Assembly (NCBI GenBank): GCA_963725825.1
Contig: CAVSAI010000029.1
Location: 195,765 to 259,764 of the forward strand
Direction: 5' to 3'
DNA: 64,000 nt
Source: Candidatus Aminicenantes bacterium
Lineage (GTDB): Bacteria; Acidobacteriota; Aminicenantia; Aminicenantales; Saccharicenantaceae
Position numbers and translations under genes: made by a program. The notes beneath the pieces are model-generated. The model saw only the letters and a list, made by a program, of their open reading frames with translations. It was not told where the DNA came from and did no database searches. Within the stretch, counting starts at the first letter, position 1. Each line of letters opens with the position of its first letter. Of this stretch, positions 27,871-35,636 are shown in pieces.

Positions 27871-27952
27871 CAAGCCGATTCCCGGCGCCTTCTGCGTGAC
27901 GAACGCCGCCCTCCGGCCATGCCGTCCGGCCCGGGCAAGCCGATGTGCGCTG

Positions 27953-27981
27953 TAGACAAACGGGGGCATAGTTGCTAAGAT
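27953..27981 (+). promoter_or_regulatory. Sigma-70-type promoter (TAGACA-N17 incl. TGc-TAAGAT) upstream of the peptidase-propeller-Omp85 gene
   Basis: The -35 is at 27953..27958 and the extended -10 at 27973..27981. It would give a leader of about 120 nt. An alternative weaker TACAAT box lies at 28075..28080. Confidence 0.45.
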
Positions 27982-28109
27982 ATTTGGCGGAAAGGGGTCG
28001 AAAGGAGTTTCGACCTATGCGCGCACTTCCGCCTCCCGTCCGGGAGGGCATTTCCCATCCCACTCATCTTCCGCTACAATTGGTCCATGTCTTTCCAAGG
28101 AGGCCCTAC

Positions 28110-31100
28110 ATGCGGACTTCCGCGTTCGCGAAATTCGTCGCCGCTTTGAGCCTCGCCGGCCTGCTGGCCGGGGTGGGAGCCCCCGAGCTCCGGGCCCAAT
28201 GGTACGGCCGCAACAAGGTCCAGTACCAGAGGTTCGACTTCAAGATCATGAAGACCCGCCATTTCGACGTCTATTTCTATCTCCAGGACGAGACTACGGT
28301 CAAAATGGCCGGCATGATGGCCGAGCGCTGGTACTCGCGCCTGTCCCGGATGTTCAACCACGAGCTCAAGGGCCGACAGCCTCTCGTCCTTTACGGCAGC
28401 AGTCCGGAATTCCAGCAGACGACGGTCATCCCGGAGATCCTGGGCGAGGGGACCGGCGGCGTCACGGAGTCGTTCAAGCGCCGCATCGTCCTGCCCTACG
28501 GGGCGTCGCTCTCCGAGACCGACCACGTCATCGGGCACGAACTCGTCCACGCCTTCCAATACGACATCATGGCCCAGGGCCATTCCGACCAGTCCCGGGG
28601 CTACGACGCAACCCTGCGCATCCCTCTCTGGTTCATCGAAGGCATGGCCGAGTACCTGTCGATCGGCCCGGTCGACGCCAACACGTCGATGTGGATGCGG
28701 GACGCCGTGCGGCGCAAGGAGGTGCCGGATATCAGGAAGCTCGGAAACTCCTACAAGTACTTCCCTTACCGCTGGGGCCAGGCCGTCTGGGCCTACGTCA
28801 CCGGGCGCTGGGGCGACGAGGTCATCGGCAAGATGATGAAGTCCGTCGGCCGCACCGGGGACTACGAGGTCATCCTCGAGGCCGTCCTGGGCATCAAGAT
28901 GAAACAGCTCTCAGCCGACTGGAAAAAGTCCATGCAGGACGCCTACGCGCCCCTTCTCGACAAGACCCAGCTGGCCGAGAAGATCGCCAAGCCGCTCTTC
29001 AAGGGCACCCAGTCCAATCCCTATAACATCGCCCCCGCCATCAGCCCGGACGGGAAATCCCTCGTCTTCCTGTCGAGCCGCGACCTGTTCTCGATCGACC
29101 TCTTCCTGGCCAACGCCGAAACCGGCGAGATCAGCCGCAAGATCATCTCGACGGCGGTCGACCCCCACTTCGAGAGCATTCAGTTCATCAAGTCCGCGGG
29201 CTCTTACGACACCACGGGCGAGAAGTTCGTCTTCGGAGGCGTGGCCAAGGGCCGGCCGGTCCTGACCATCATGGACATGAGGAAGGTCAAGATCGAGCGG
29301 GAGATCCCGTTCGGCGAGCTGGCCGAGATCCTCAGCCCGGCCTTTTCCCCCGACGGCCGCTACGTCGCCTTCACGGGACTCGCCGGCGGCGTTTCGGACC
29401 TCTTCATCTACGACCTCAACGAGAATGTCCTCAAGCAGATGACGCGCGATCCGTACGGCGACCTTCAGCCGGTCTGGTCGCCCGACGGCAAGACCATCGC
29501 CTTCGTCACGGAGAGGTTCTCGACCAACCTCGAGTGGGTCGACGTCGGGCACTATGAGCTGGCCCTGCTCGACGTCGAATCGGGCCGGATCCAGAAGCTC
29601 CTGGCGTTCCCCAACGGCAAGAACATCAACCCGCAGTGGACCGCCGATTCATCGGCCCTTTATTTCCTCTCGGACCAGAGCGGCAAGACCGACCTCTACC
29701 GGATCGACATCGCCTCGGCCAAGATCTCGGAGGTCACGAACCTCTATGCCGGCATCGCCGGGATCACCGAGCTCAGCCCGTCGATCTCCGTCGCCCACGG
29801 CACGGGCCGGCTCATCTTCTCGGGCTATCACGACGGGTATTACACGATCTACTCGATCGACGACCCTCAGTTCCTGCGGGGGGAGTCTTTCCTGGCTCAG
29901 TTCGAGCGCAACCCGGCCCTCCTGCCTCCGCGGAAAGAGCCCGAGGGGGCCCTCTTGGGGCTCCTCAAGAACCCCCTGTTCGGACTTCCCAAGGACAGCA
30001 ACTTCCCGGTCGTCGCCTATAAGCCCAAGCTCGGCCTCGACTACGTCTCGCCCCCGAACGTCGCCGTCGGCGTCGACCGCTACGGCACCTACGGGGCGGG
30101 CGGTGTGGCCGCGTATTGGAGCGACATGCTGGGCTATCACACGATCGTCACGACCGCGTTCACGGGGTCCCGGCTGATCGATACCTCGGGCGTCGTGGGC
30201 TACCTCAACAACCGGGGCCGGTTCAATTGGGGCGCGGCGGCCCAGCGGATCGTCTATCCCTACCCGTACTATTACTTCTATCTCGATCAGAACGACGGCT
30301 TTTACCATGAGATCGAGGACGTCTATCGGCTCATCAACTATGACGTCTCGCTCTTCGGGTCTTATCCCTTCAGCCAGGTGAGCCGGTTCCAGCTGAGCGC
30401 CGGCTACCGGGTCCAGGATTTCAACCACACGATCTACGAGCGGATCTACGATCTCAGCGGGCTCCTGCTCGACTACCAGAAATTCCATCCGGCCGATACG
30501 CCTCCGGCCCTGTCCTTCGCCTATGCCACGGCCGGTTATTTTTACGACACGGGCATATTCGGCGCGACGAGCCCCATCCTGGGCCAGAACGTCGGCATCT
30601 CGGTATCGCCCGCCCTGGGCAAGGTCTCTTTTACGACATTCCTGGCGGATTTCCGTAAATACATCATGCCGGTCAAGCCCTTCACCCTGGCGTTCCGGGC
30701 CCTGCACATGGGCCGCTACGGAAGGGACTCCGAAGACAGCCGTTTCTACCCGCTCTACATCGCCTATTGGGACCTCGTCCGCGGCTACGAATCGATCACC
30801 AACGCGGAGCTGAACGAATACCAGAGCAATCCGTCGAAGACGTTCGATTTCAACCGGCTGTACGGCAGCAAGATGATCGTGGCCAACGCCGAGCTGCGCT
30901 TCCCGCTCCTGGGGCTGCTCGGGCTCGGCAAGGGTTTCTATGGCGCCTGGCCCCTCGAGTTCTGCGCCTTCTATGACTGGGGCCTGGCCTACGCTTCGGC
31001 CCCGAACTATTGGTGGGGCGGGTACGACGCGAACGGGAACCCCGATCCCAATCTGGTTAAGCCCTGGTTCGTCAGCGGCGGGCAGCGGAAGCCCGTGAGG

Positions 31101-31226
31101 AGCTATGGCATCGGCATCCGGACGAACATCTTCGGCTATCTCGTCGTCGGGCTCAACTACGTCTATCCCATCGACAGGCCGGTGCGCGGCTGGCACCTCC
31201 AGCTGAGCATCAGCCCGGGCTTCTAG
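28110..31226 (+). CDS. Fusion protein: MA-clan gluzincin peptidase domain + TolB-like PD40 beta-propeller repeats + C-terminal Omp85-type beta-barrel
   Basis: ATG follows AAGGAGG, with a signal peptide ending ELRAQ. HELVH at 28536..28550, with a Glu 30 residues later in WFIEGMAEY. PD40-like repeats (ISPDGKSLVFLS, FSPDGRYVAF, WSPDGKTIAFV, WTADSSALYFLSD). Omp85 hallmarks: VRGY at 30777..30788, AELRFPL, SYGIGIRT and a terminal ISPGF. Confidence 0.7.
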   Translation: MRTSAFAKFVAALSLAGLLAGVGAPELRAQWYGRNKVQYQRFDFKIMKTRHFDVYFYLQDETTVKMAGMMAERWYSRLSRMFNHELKGRQPLVLYGSSPEFQQTTVIPEILGEGTGGVTESFKRRIVLPYGASLSETDHVIGHELVHAFQYDIMAQGHSDQSRGYDATLRIPLWFIEGMAEYLSIGPVDANTSMWMRDAVRRKEVPDIRKLGNSYKYFPYRWGQAVWAYVTGRWGDEVIGKMMKSVGRTGDYEVILEAVLGIKMKQLSADWKKSMQDAYAPLLDKTQLAEKIAKPLFKGTQSNPYNIAPAISPDGKSLVFLSSRDLFSIDLFLANAETGEISRKIISTAVDPHFESIQFIKSAGSYDTTGEKFVFGGVAKGRPVLTIMDMRKVKIEREIPFGELAEILSPAFSPDGRYVAFTGLAGGVSDLFIYDLNENVLKQMTRDPYGDLQPVWSPDGKTIAFVTERFSTNLEWVDVGHYELALLDVESGRIQKLLAFPNGKNINPQWTADSSALYFLSDQSGKTDLYRIDIASAKISEVTNLYAGIAGITELSPSISVAHGTGRLIFSGYHDGYYTIYSIDDPQFLRGESFLAQFERNPALLPPRKEPEGALLGLLKNPLFGLPKDSNFPVVAYKPKLGLDYVSPPNVAVGVDRYGTYGAGGVAAYWSDMLGYHTIVTTAFTGSRLIDTSGVVGYLNNRGRFNWGAAAQRIVYPYPYYYFYLDQNDGFYHEIEDVYRLINYDVSLFGSYPFSQVSRFQLSAGYRVQDFNHTIYERIYDLSGLLLDYQKFHPADTPPALSFAYATAGYFYDTGIFGATSPILGQNVGISVSPALGKVSFTTFLADFRKYIMPVKPFTLAFRALHMGRYGRDSEDSRFYPLYIAYWDLVRGYESITNAELNEYQSNPSKTFDFNRLYGSKMIVANAELRFPLLGLLGLGKGFYGAWPLEFCAFYDWGLAYASAPNYWWGGYDANGNPDPNLVKPWFVSGGQRKPVRSYGIGIRTNIFGYLVVGLNYVYPIDRPVRGWHLQLSISPGF

Positions 31227-31257
31227 ATCCGACCGTAGCGAACGAAGCGAGCGAAGG

Positions 31258-31296
31258 GCAGGAATCCGGCGGAGATGCGCGGAGCCGGATTCCTGC
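31258..31296. terminator. Perfect 13-bp stem hairpin between convergent genes
   Basis: gcaggaatccggc (31258..31270) pairs with gccggattcctgc (31284..31296) around a 13-nt loop. No U-tract follows on either strand. Confidence 0.45.
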
Positions 31297-31373
31297 GAGA
31301 TATCTAGATAAAGCGGCCTGGCTCCAGCGAGCAGCACAGAGCCGGACGTCTCCGAAATATCCGGAATGCGTTC

Positions 31374-32723
31374 CTAAAGCTCCAATTCCGGCACGGTGGC
31401 GGCCTCGGCCTCATCCACCTTGAGGGCCGGAGGCCGGAAGGCCACGGCGAGCAGGATCGCGGCCCCGAGCGCCGTCAGGCAAGGGAGCAGGAACAGGGAC
31501 CGGAAGTTCGTGACCCCCGCCGCGGTGAAGACGGATTGGATCAGCCAGGGGCCCAGGGTGTTCGCGGCCAGCACGCCCAGGCCGAGGATCATCACATTGA
31601 AGAGTCCCTGCGCGCTCGAACGGCATTCCTTGGGGAAATAGGTGTCCACGAAGATATAGACCGTGGCGAAGAAGAACGCGTAGCAGATGCCGTGCAGGAC
31701 CTGGATGGCCACGATCATCCAAGGCTGGGAGGGGAAGAAGGCGTAGACCGCGAACCGGGCGGCGTGCCCCAGGATGCCGATGAGCATCGTGAACCGCCAA
31801 CCCAATTTTTTCAGCACCATTCCCAGGACGAGCATCGTCAGGATCTCGGAGACCTGGCCCAGGCTCATGACGGGCATGATCCAGTTGCCGGGAATGCCCA
31901 CGCCTCCGGCCGCGGGGCTGGCGCCGAGGAATGTTCCGGTCCAGTTGAAATACAGGTTATGGACGAAAGCATCGATGAACGCGATGAGCCATAAGATCAG
32001 GACGAAGGGGCGCTTGAGCAGCCTGACGGCTTCGAGCCAGGCAAAGCGCTCCGTGGAAGAAGCTCCCGGGACCTTTTTCTTCGGCGGGGTATGAGGGAGA
32101 AGCAGGCTGTAGGCGGCCAGACCGAGGGAGACCACCCCCGCCACGACAAAGGTCCAGCGCGTCGCCTGTTTCAAGGCCTGGCCTGTCAGCCCTGAGCCGA
32201 GGGCCGTACCGATCCAAGCGACGAGTCCGCGAGGGGCGGCGGCCTTGACCCGGGCCCAGTCCACGAGAATGAACGTGAACGGCCAGGCGGCGAGGATCCA
32301 GCCCAAGGTGCCGCCCATGCGGATGAACCCGAATTCCTTCTGCGAGTCCTTCATATGGGCGAAGGCGATCGAGTTGGCGATCGATATGGTAGGAACATAG
32401 AAAAGGCAATGCACTAACATCAAGACGAAAAACGGCCAGAAACCGCGGGCGAATCCCAACCCGAGGATCGCCAGGCCGCCTATGAGGTGACTGAAACCCA
32501 GGAACTTTTCAGCGGCGAAATGGCGATCCGCGAATTGGTTGCTGAAGAACATGCCGACGATGGCGGAGACGGGGAAGGCGTTCAGGATCCAAGCCTGCTG
32601 GATGGGCGTGAAACCGAGGCTGGGCAGATAGCCGAAGATCAGCGGAAGCCACGCCCCCCAGATGAAGAACTCCATGACCATCATGAGAAACAGCCTGTTG
32701 CGCGGGTTCCTGGTTCCTGTCAT
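31374..32723 (-). CDS. MFS transporter of the nucleoside:H+ symporter (NHS)-like family
   Basis: 12-TM profile. The N-terminal MEFFIWGAWLPL motif is characteristic of NupG/XapB-like MFS proteins. Confidence 0.65.
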   Translation of the reverse strand: MTGTRNPRNRLFLMMVMEFFIWGAWLPLIFGYLPSLGFTPIQQAWILNAFPVSAIVGMFFSNQFADRHFAAEKFLGFSHLIGGLAILGLGFARGFWPFFVLMLVHCLFYVPTISIANSIAFAHMKDSQKEFGFIRMGGTLGWILAAWPFTFILVDWARVKAAAPRGLVAWIGTALGSGLTGQALKQATRWTFVVAGVVSLGLAAYSLLLPHTPPKKKVPGASSTERFAWLEAVRLLKRPFVLILWLIAFIDAFVHNLYFNWTGTFLGASPAAGGVGIPGNWIMPVMSLGQVSEILTMLVLGMVLKKLGWRFTMLIGILGHAARFAVYAFFPSQPWMIVAIQVLHGICYAFFFATVYIFVDTYFPKECRSSAQGLFNVMILGLGVLAANTLGPWLIQSVFTAAGVTNFRSLFLLPCLTALGAAILLAVAFRPPALKVDEAEAATVPELEL

Positions 32724-32772
32724 GCTCGATCCTCCTTATCTCTTACGGCGCTTCGGGGAGTCGGACGGTCTC

Positions 32773-34242
32773 TCAGATCTCTTTGAGGTAGACGTTGCGA
32801 AAGAACGGCGGCGACTGGCTGTCGTGGTTCTGGAGGCCGATGTAGCCCTCGCGCGAGAGGTCGCGGACCTTTCCGCCCGGGCGGGCTTCCCAATCGAGGA
32901 CCGTATGGCCGTTGAGATCGACCTTGAGGTGCATCCCCTTGAACTCGATCCGGAAATGGTTCCACTCGCCGGTTGGGAGGGATGCCGCGATCTTGGGCGC
33001 CTCGATGTCGTAGGCCGCCCCGGTGTGGTGGATGCCCGTCGAGGTGTCGTCGATCTGGATCTCGATCGAGTGATAGATGTAGTCGTCGCTCACCGGGACC
33101 TCGGGGACGCGGAGGAAGATGCCCGAATTCGTCGTCGGCGTCGAGCAGCGGAAATCGCATTCGAGGACGAAATCCTTGACTTTCTTCCCGTACCAGAGCA
33201 GGCCCATGCCGCCCTGGCCCTTCAGGATGCCGGTCTTCGGGTCGCACTCGAAGTATCCGGGGCCGTAGTGGTTCCAGCCGTATTTCTCATACCCCCCGCC
33301 GCCGCGCCGCAGGATCTGGGTGTAGCCCTCATAATAGGTGACGCTCTTGACGTAGTCGATGCTCTTGCGGAACGCCGGCATGGGGTCGTCGACCTCGGAC
33401 TCGTTCTCGTACTCCATCGTCAGGTAGCCGTCGTAGTCCTGCAGGGTCAGCTCGGCCAGGAGGTCGCGGATGTGCCCCTTGCCGGAGCCCCAGGGGACGT
33501 CGTCGACGCCCTTGGCCGTGCCGTAGTCGCTCCGGTCCTTGAGGTGGACGTCGAGGATGCGGCCGGCGAGCAGCTTGAAGGCCTCGCGGGGGTCGATCAG
33601 GCCTCGCATCCAGTGGCCGCTGTCGGCGCAGGAACCGATGCGCGGGTCCTTGCCGTTGACGTGACTGAAAACGGTCTCGGGCAGGTTGTACTTGGAGGGC
33701 GCCGGGTGGTTGTGGATGGCGATCTTGATGTCGTATTCCTTGACCAGCTTTTCGAGCAGGGTGAAGTCGTCGTCGGCCGGCTCGCAGGCGAGGACGCGGA
33801 TTCCCATTTTGCGGGCGAAGTCGAAGACCTTGCGCATGCTCGGCTCGGTCCTGCCGAGGTCGACGACGCCGTAGCCGTAGAGCGTGACGCCGGACGCCTT
33901 GAGGGCCTCCTTGACGAAAGCGACCTGTTCGTTGGTCATCGTCTCGCCGAACTGGGCCCCGGGGAGCTCGGTCGCCAGGGCCTGGCCCGGAAAGGCCTCG
34001 ACCGCGCCGACGCCGAGCTCTTTGAGCTTCTTGAGCGTGTCGGCGAAGGTGAACTTGCGGAAGGTCCAGGCCTCCCCGGCGAAAGGAAAGTTCTTGATGC
34101 GGACGCCGGCGTAGTCCGTTCTGGCCACGGCGGCCTGCAGCTCGGGCGATAGATGCCGGATCTGAGGCGCCGCGCCGAAGGCGGGGCCCGCCGCCGGGGC
34201 CATCGAGGCGATCAGGACAAGGGCGGAGATGACGCGTTTCAT
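32773..34242 (-). CDS. Secreted xylose-isomerase-like TIM-barrel (sugar phosphate isomerase/epimerase family) fused to a DUF1080 (3-keto-disaccharide hydrolase-like) domain
   Basis: Signal peptide present. TIM-barrel motifs IAIHNHP and LDVHLKD...TMEYE. The C-terminal half has NSGIFLRV, IEIQIDD, GAAYDI, EWNHFRIEF and GYIGLQNHDS...FRNVYLKEI, typical of DUF1080. Confidence 0.7.
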   Translation of the reverse strand: MKRVISALVLIASMAPAAGPAFGAAPQIRHLSPELQAAVARTDYAGVRIKNFPFAGEAWTFRKFTFADTLKKLKELGVGAVEAFPGQALATELPGAQFGETMTNEQVAFVKEALKASGVTLYGYGVVDLGRTEPSMRKVFDFARKMGIRVLACEPADDDFTLLEKLVKEYDIKIAIHNHPAPSKYNLPETVFSHVNGKDPRIGSCADSGHWMRGLIDPREAFKLLAGRILDVHLKDRSDYGTAKGVDDVPWGSGKGHIRDLLAELTLQDYDGYLTMEYENESEVDDPMPAFRKSIDYVKSVTYYEGYTQILRRGGGGYEKYGWNHYGPGYFECDPKTGILKGQGGMGLLWYGKKVKDFVLECDFRCSTPTTNSGIFLRVPEVPVSDDYIYHSIEIQIDDTSTGIHHTGAAYDIEAPKIAASLPTGEWNHFRIEFKGMHLKVDLNGHTVLDWEARPGGKVRDLSREGYIGLQNHDSQSPPFFRNVYLKEI

Positions 34243-34258
34243 AGGTCCTCCTGGGGTC

Positions 34259-35515
34259 TCACTTGGCTAGGGGATTCCATCTTCCCTGGGCCACGGGAGG
34301 GATGTAACTCTCGAGGCCTTTGAAGGGGAAGGGCAGTGTCTTGCCGAGCTCCGCGCTCCGGTAGGCGGCCATGAGCAGCTCGGCCACGGCAACACCGTCG
34401 GCGAAGTTCTCTTCGGGCCGGACGCCTCTGAGGAATGACTGGACCATGTGGCGGTTCTCGGCGACGTAACCGTATTCGCCGGCCTCGTCGGGGACGACCG
34501 GCATGAGCCCGATCTCGGCATTCTGCTTCTCGACGAGGTCCTCGCCGGCTTTGCCGCGGACCTCGCGGCTGAAGAAGACCTTGAGGCCCGCGTCGAGCGT
34601 GTTGATCTGGAGCGAGTACTCGGGTCCCAGGAGCTCCATGCTCAGACGGAGTCCCGCGCCGACATAGCACCAGCTGGTCGTCGTCTCGACGACCAGGATC
34701 TTGCCGGCCTGGTCCTTGTACTCGATGAGAGACCGGGCGAAGTCTTCGGATGGCCGCTTCAGATAGTCCGTCATGCCGCCGCTCGTCTTGGCCAGGATCG
34801 CAGCGTACTTGGGCTCCTGCCATTTGAGGCAGTTGGTATAGGCTGTGACGCTAACGGGGGTCAGGACGCCGCGCCGCGCGCCGGGCGGAGTGAGCATGAA
34901 GCGGGCCTCTTCGACCGAATGGCACATCATGTCGTTGAGGACGCCGCCACCCTGCAGCGATCCTTCCCAGAACCAGGGCATATGCGGCCCGCTGTGCTCC
35001 TCGGCCGCCCGGGCGAGATAGGGCGGTCCGGACAGGGCCGCGCCGCGGGCCCAGACGATCTCCTTGCCGCGGACGACGGCCGGGGAGAAGACCTGGTTCT
35101 CGAGATAGCCGTCCAGGAGGCGGGCCTTTTCGGCGAGATCGAGCATCCTCCGGGCTTCACGGACGTTGCGGCCGAGGGGCTTCTCGCAAGAGACGCCGAC
35201 GAGCTCCGCTTTGCCGCTGACGACGGCGTGGCTGATCTCCTCCATGACCTCCCCCCTCGTGTAGTTCGGGGCGCAGATCCAGAGGGCGCCGATGCGCGGG
35301 TCGGCGGCCATTTCGGTGATCGAGGCATAGGGCTTGGCCTCGCCGACGCCGAGCGATTTGACTAGAGCGCAGGCTTCGCGGGCCCGCCTCGCGTCCGGAT
35401 CGAAGATGCCGAGAATGTCGGCGTCGCGGACGCCGACCCAGGACTTGATGTGGAAGCGGGCGATGAACCCGCCGCCGATGATGCCGACACCGAGCGTTTT
35501 TTGCTTTTTCGCCAT
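34259..35515 (-). CDS. Gfo/Idh/MocA-family NAD(P)-dependent sugar oxidoreductase
   Basis: GVGIIGGGFIARFH Rossmann motif and EKPL motif. RBS GGGAGG. No signal peptide. Confidence 0.8.
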   Translation of the reverse strand: MAKKQKTLGVGIIGGGFIARFHIKSWVGVRDADILGIFDPDARRAREACALVKSLGVGEAKPYASITEMAADPRIGALWICAPNYTRGEVMEEISHAVVSGKAELVGVSCEKPLGRNVREARRMLDLAEKARLLDGYLENQVFSPAVVRGKEIVWARGAALSGPPYLARAAEEHSGPHMPWFWEGSLQGGGVLNDMMCHSVEEARFMLTPPGARRGVLTPVSVTAYTNCLKWQEPKYAAILAKTSGGMTDYLKRPSEDFARSLIEYKDQAGKILVVETTTSWCYVGAGLRLSMELLGPEYSLQINTLDAGLKVFFSREVRGKAGEDLVEKQNAEIGLMPVVPDEAGEYGYVAENRHMVQSFLRGVRPEENFADGVAVAELLMAAYRSAELGKTLPFPFKGLESYIPPVAQGRWNPLAK

Positions 35516-35602
35516 CTGATCTGCCTCCCAGTCGTCGAAATGGATGAGGGGGTTCTTATCGGCCGTCAGTTTCTCAGGAGAATCTCCATAAGTATGGGAC
35601 TC

Positions 35603-35632
35603 TACATACCTTAATTAAAAGCGGATTGTCAA
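35603..35632 (-). promoter_or_regulatory. Sigma-70-type promoter (TTGACA-N18-TATGTA) for the Gfo/TIM-DUF1080/MFS operon
   Basis: On the minus strand, the -35 is at 35632..35627 and the -10 at 35608..35603. The spacer contains TTAATTAA. Confidence 0.4.
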
Positions 35633-35636
35633 TGCG

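Noticed and set aside
28017-28109. In-frame ATG at 28017 with an SD-like GGAG, as an alternative start for the Omp85-peptidase gene.
   Set aside because: It would put 31 non-hydrophobic residues in front of the signal peptide. ATG 28110 has a perfect AAGGAGG and is immediately followed by a typical signal peptide. The site is kept only as a possible regulatory feature.
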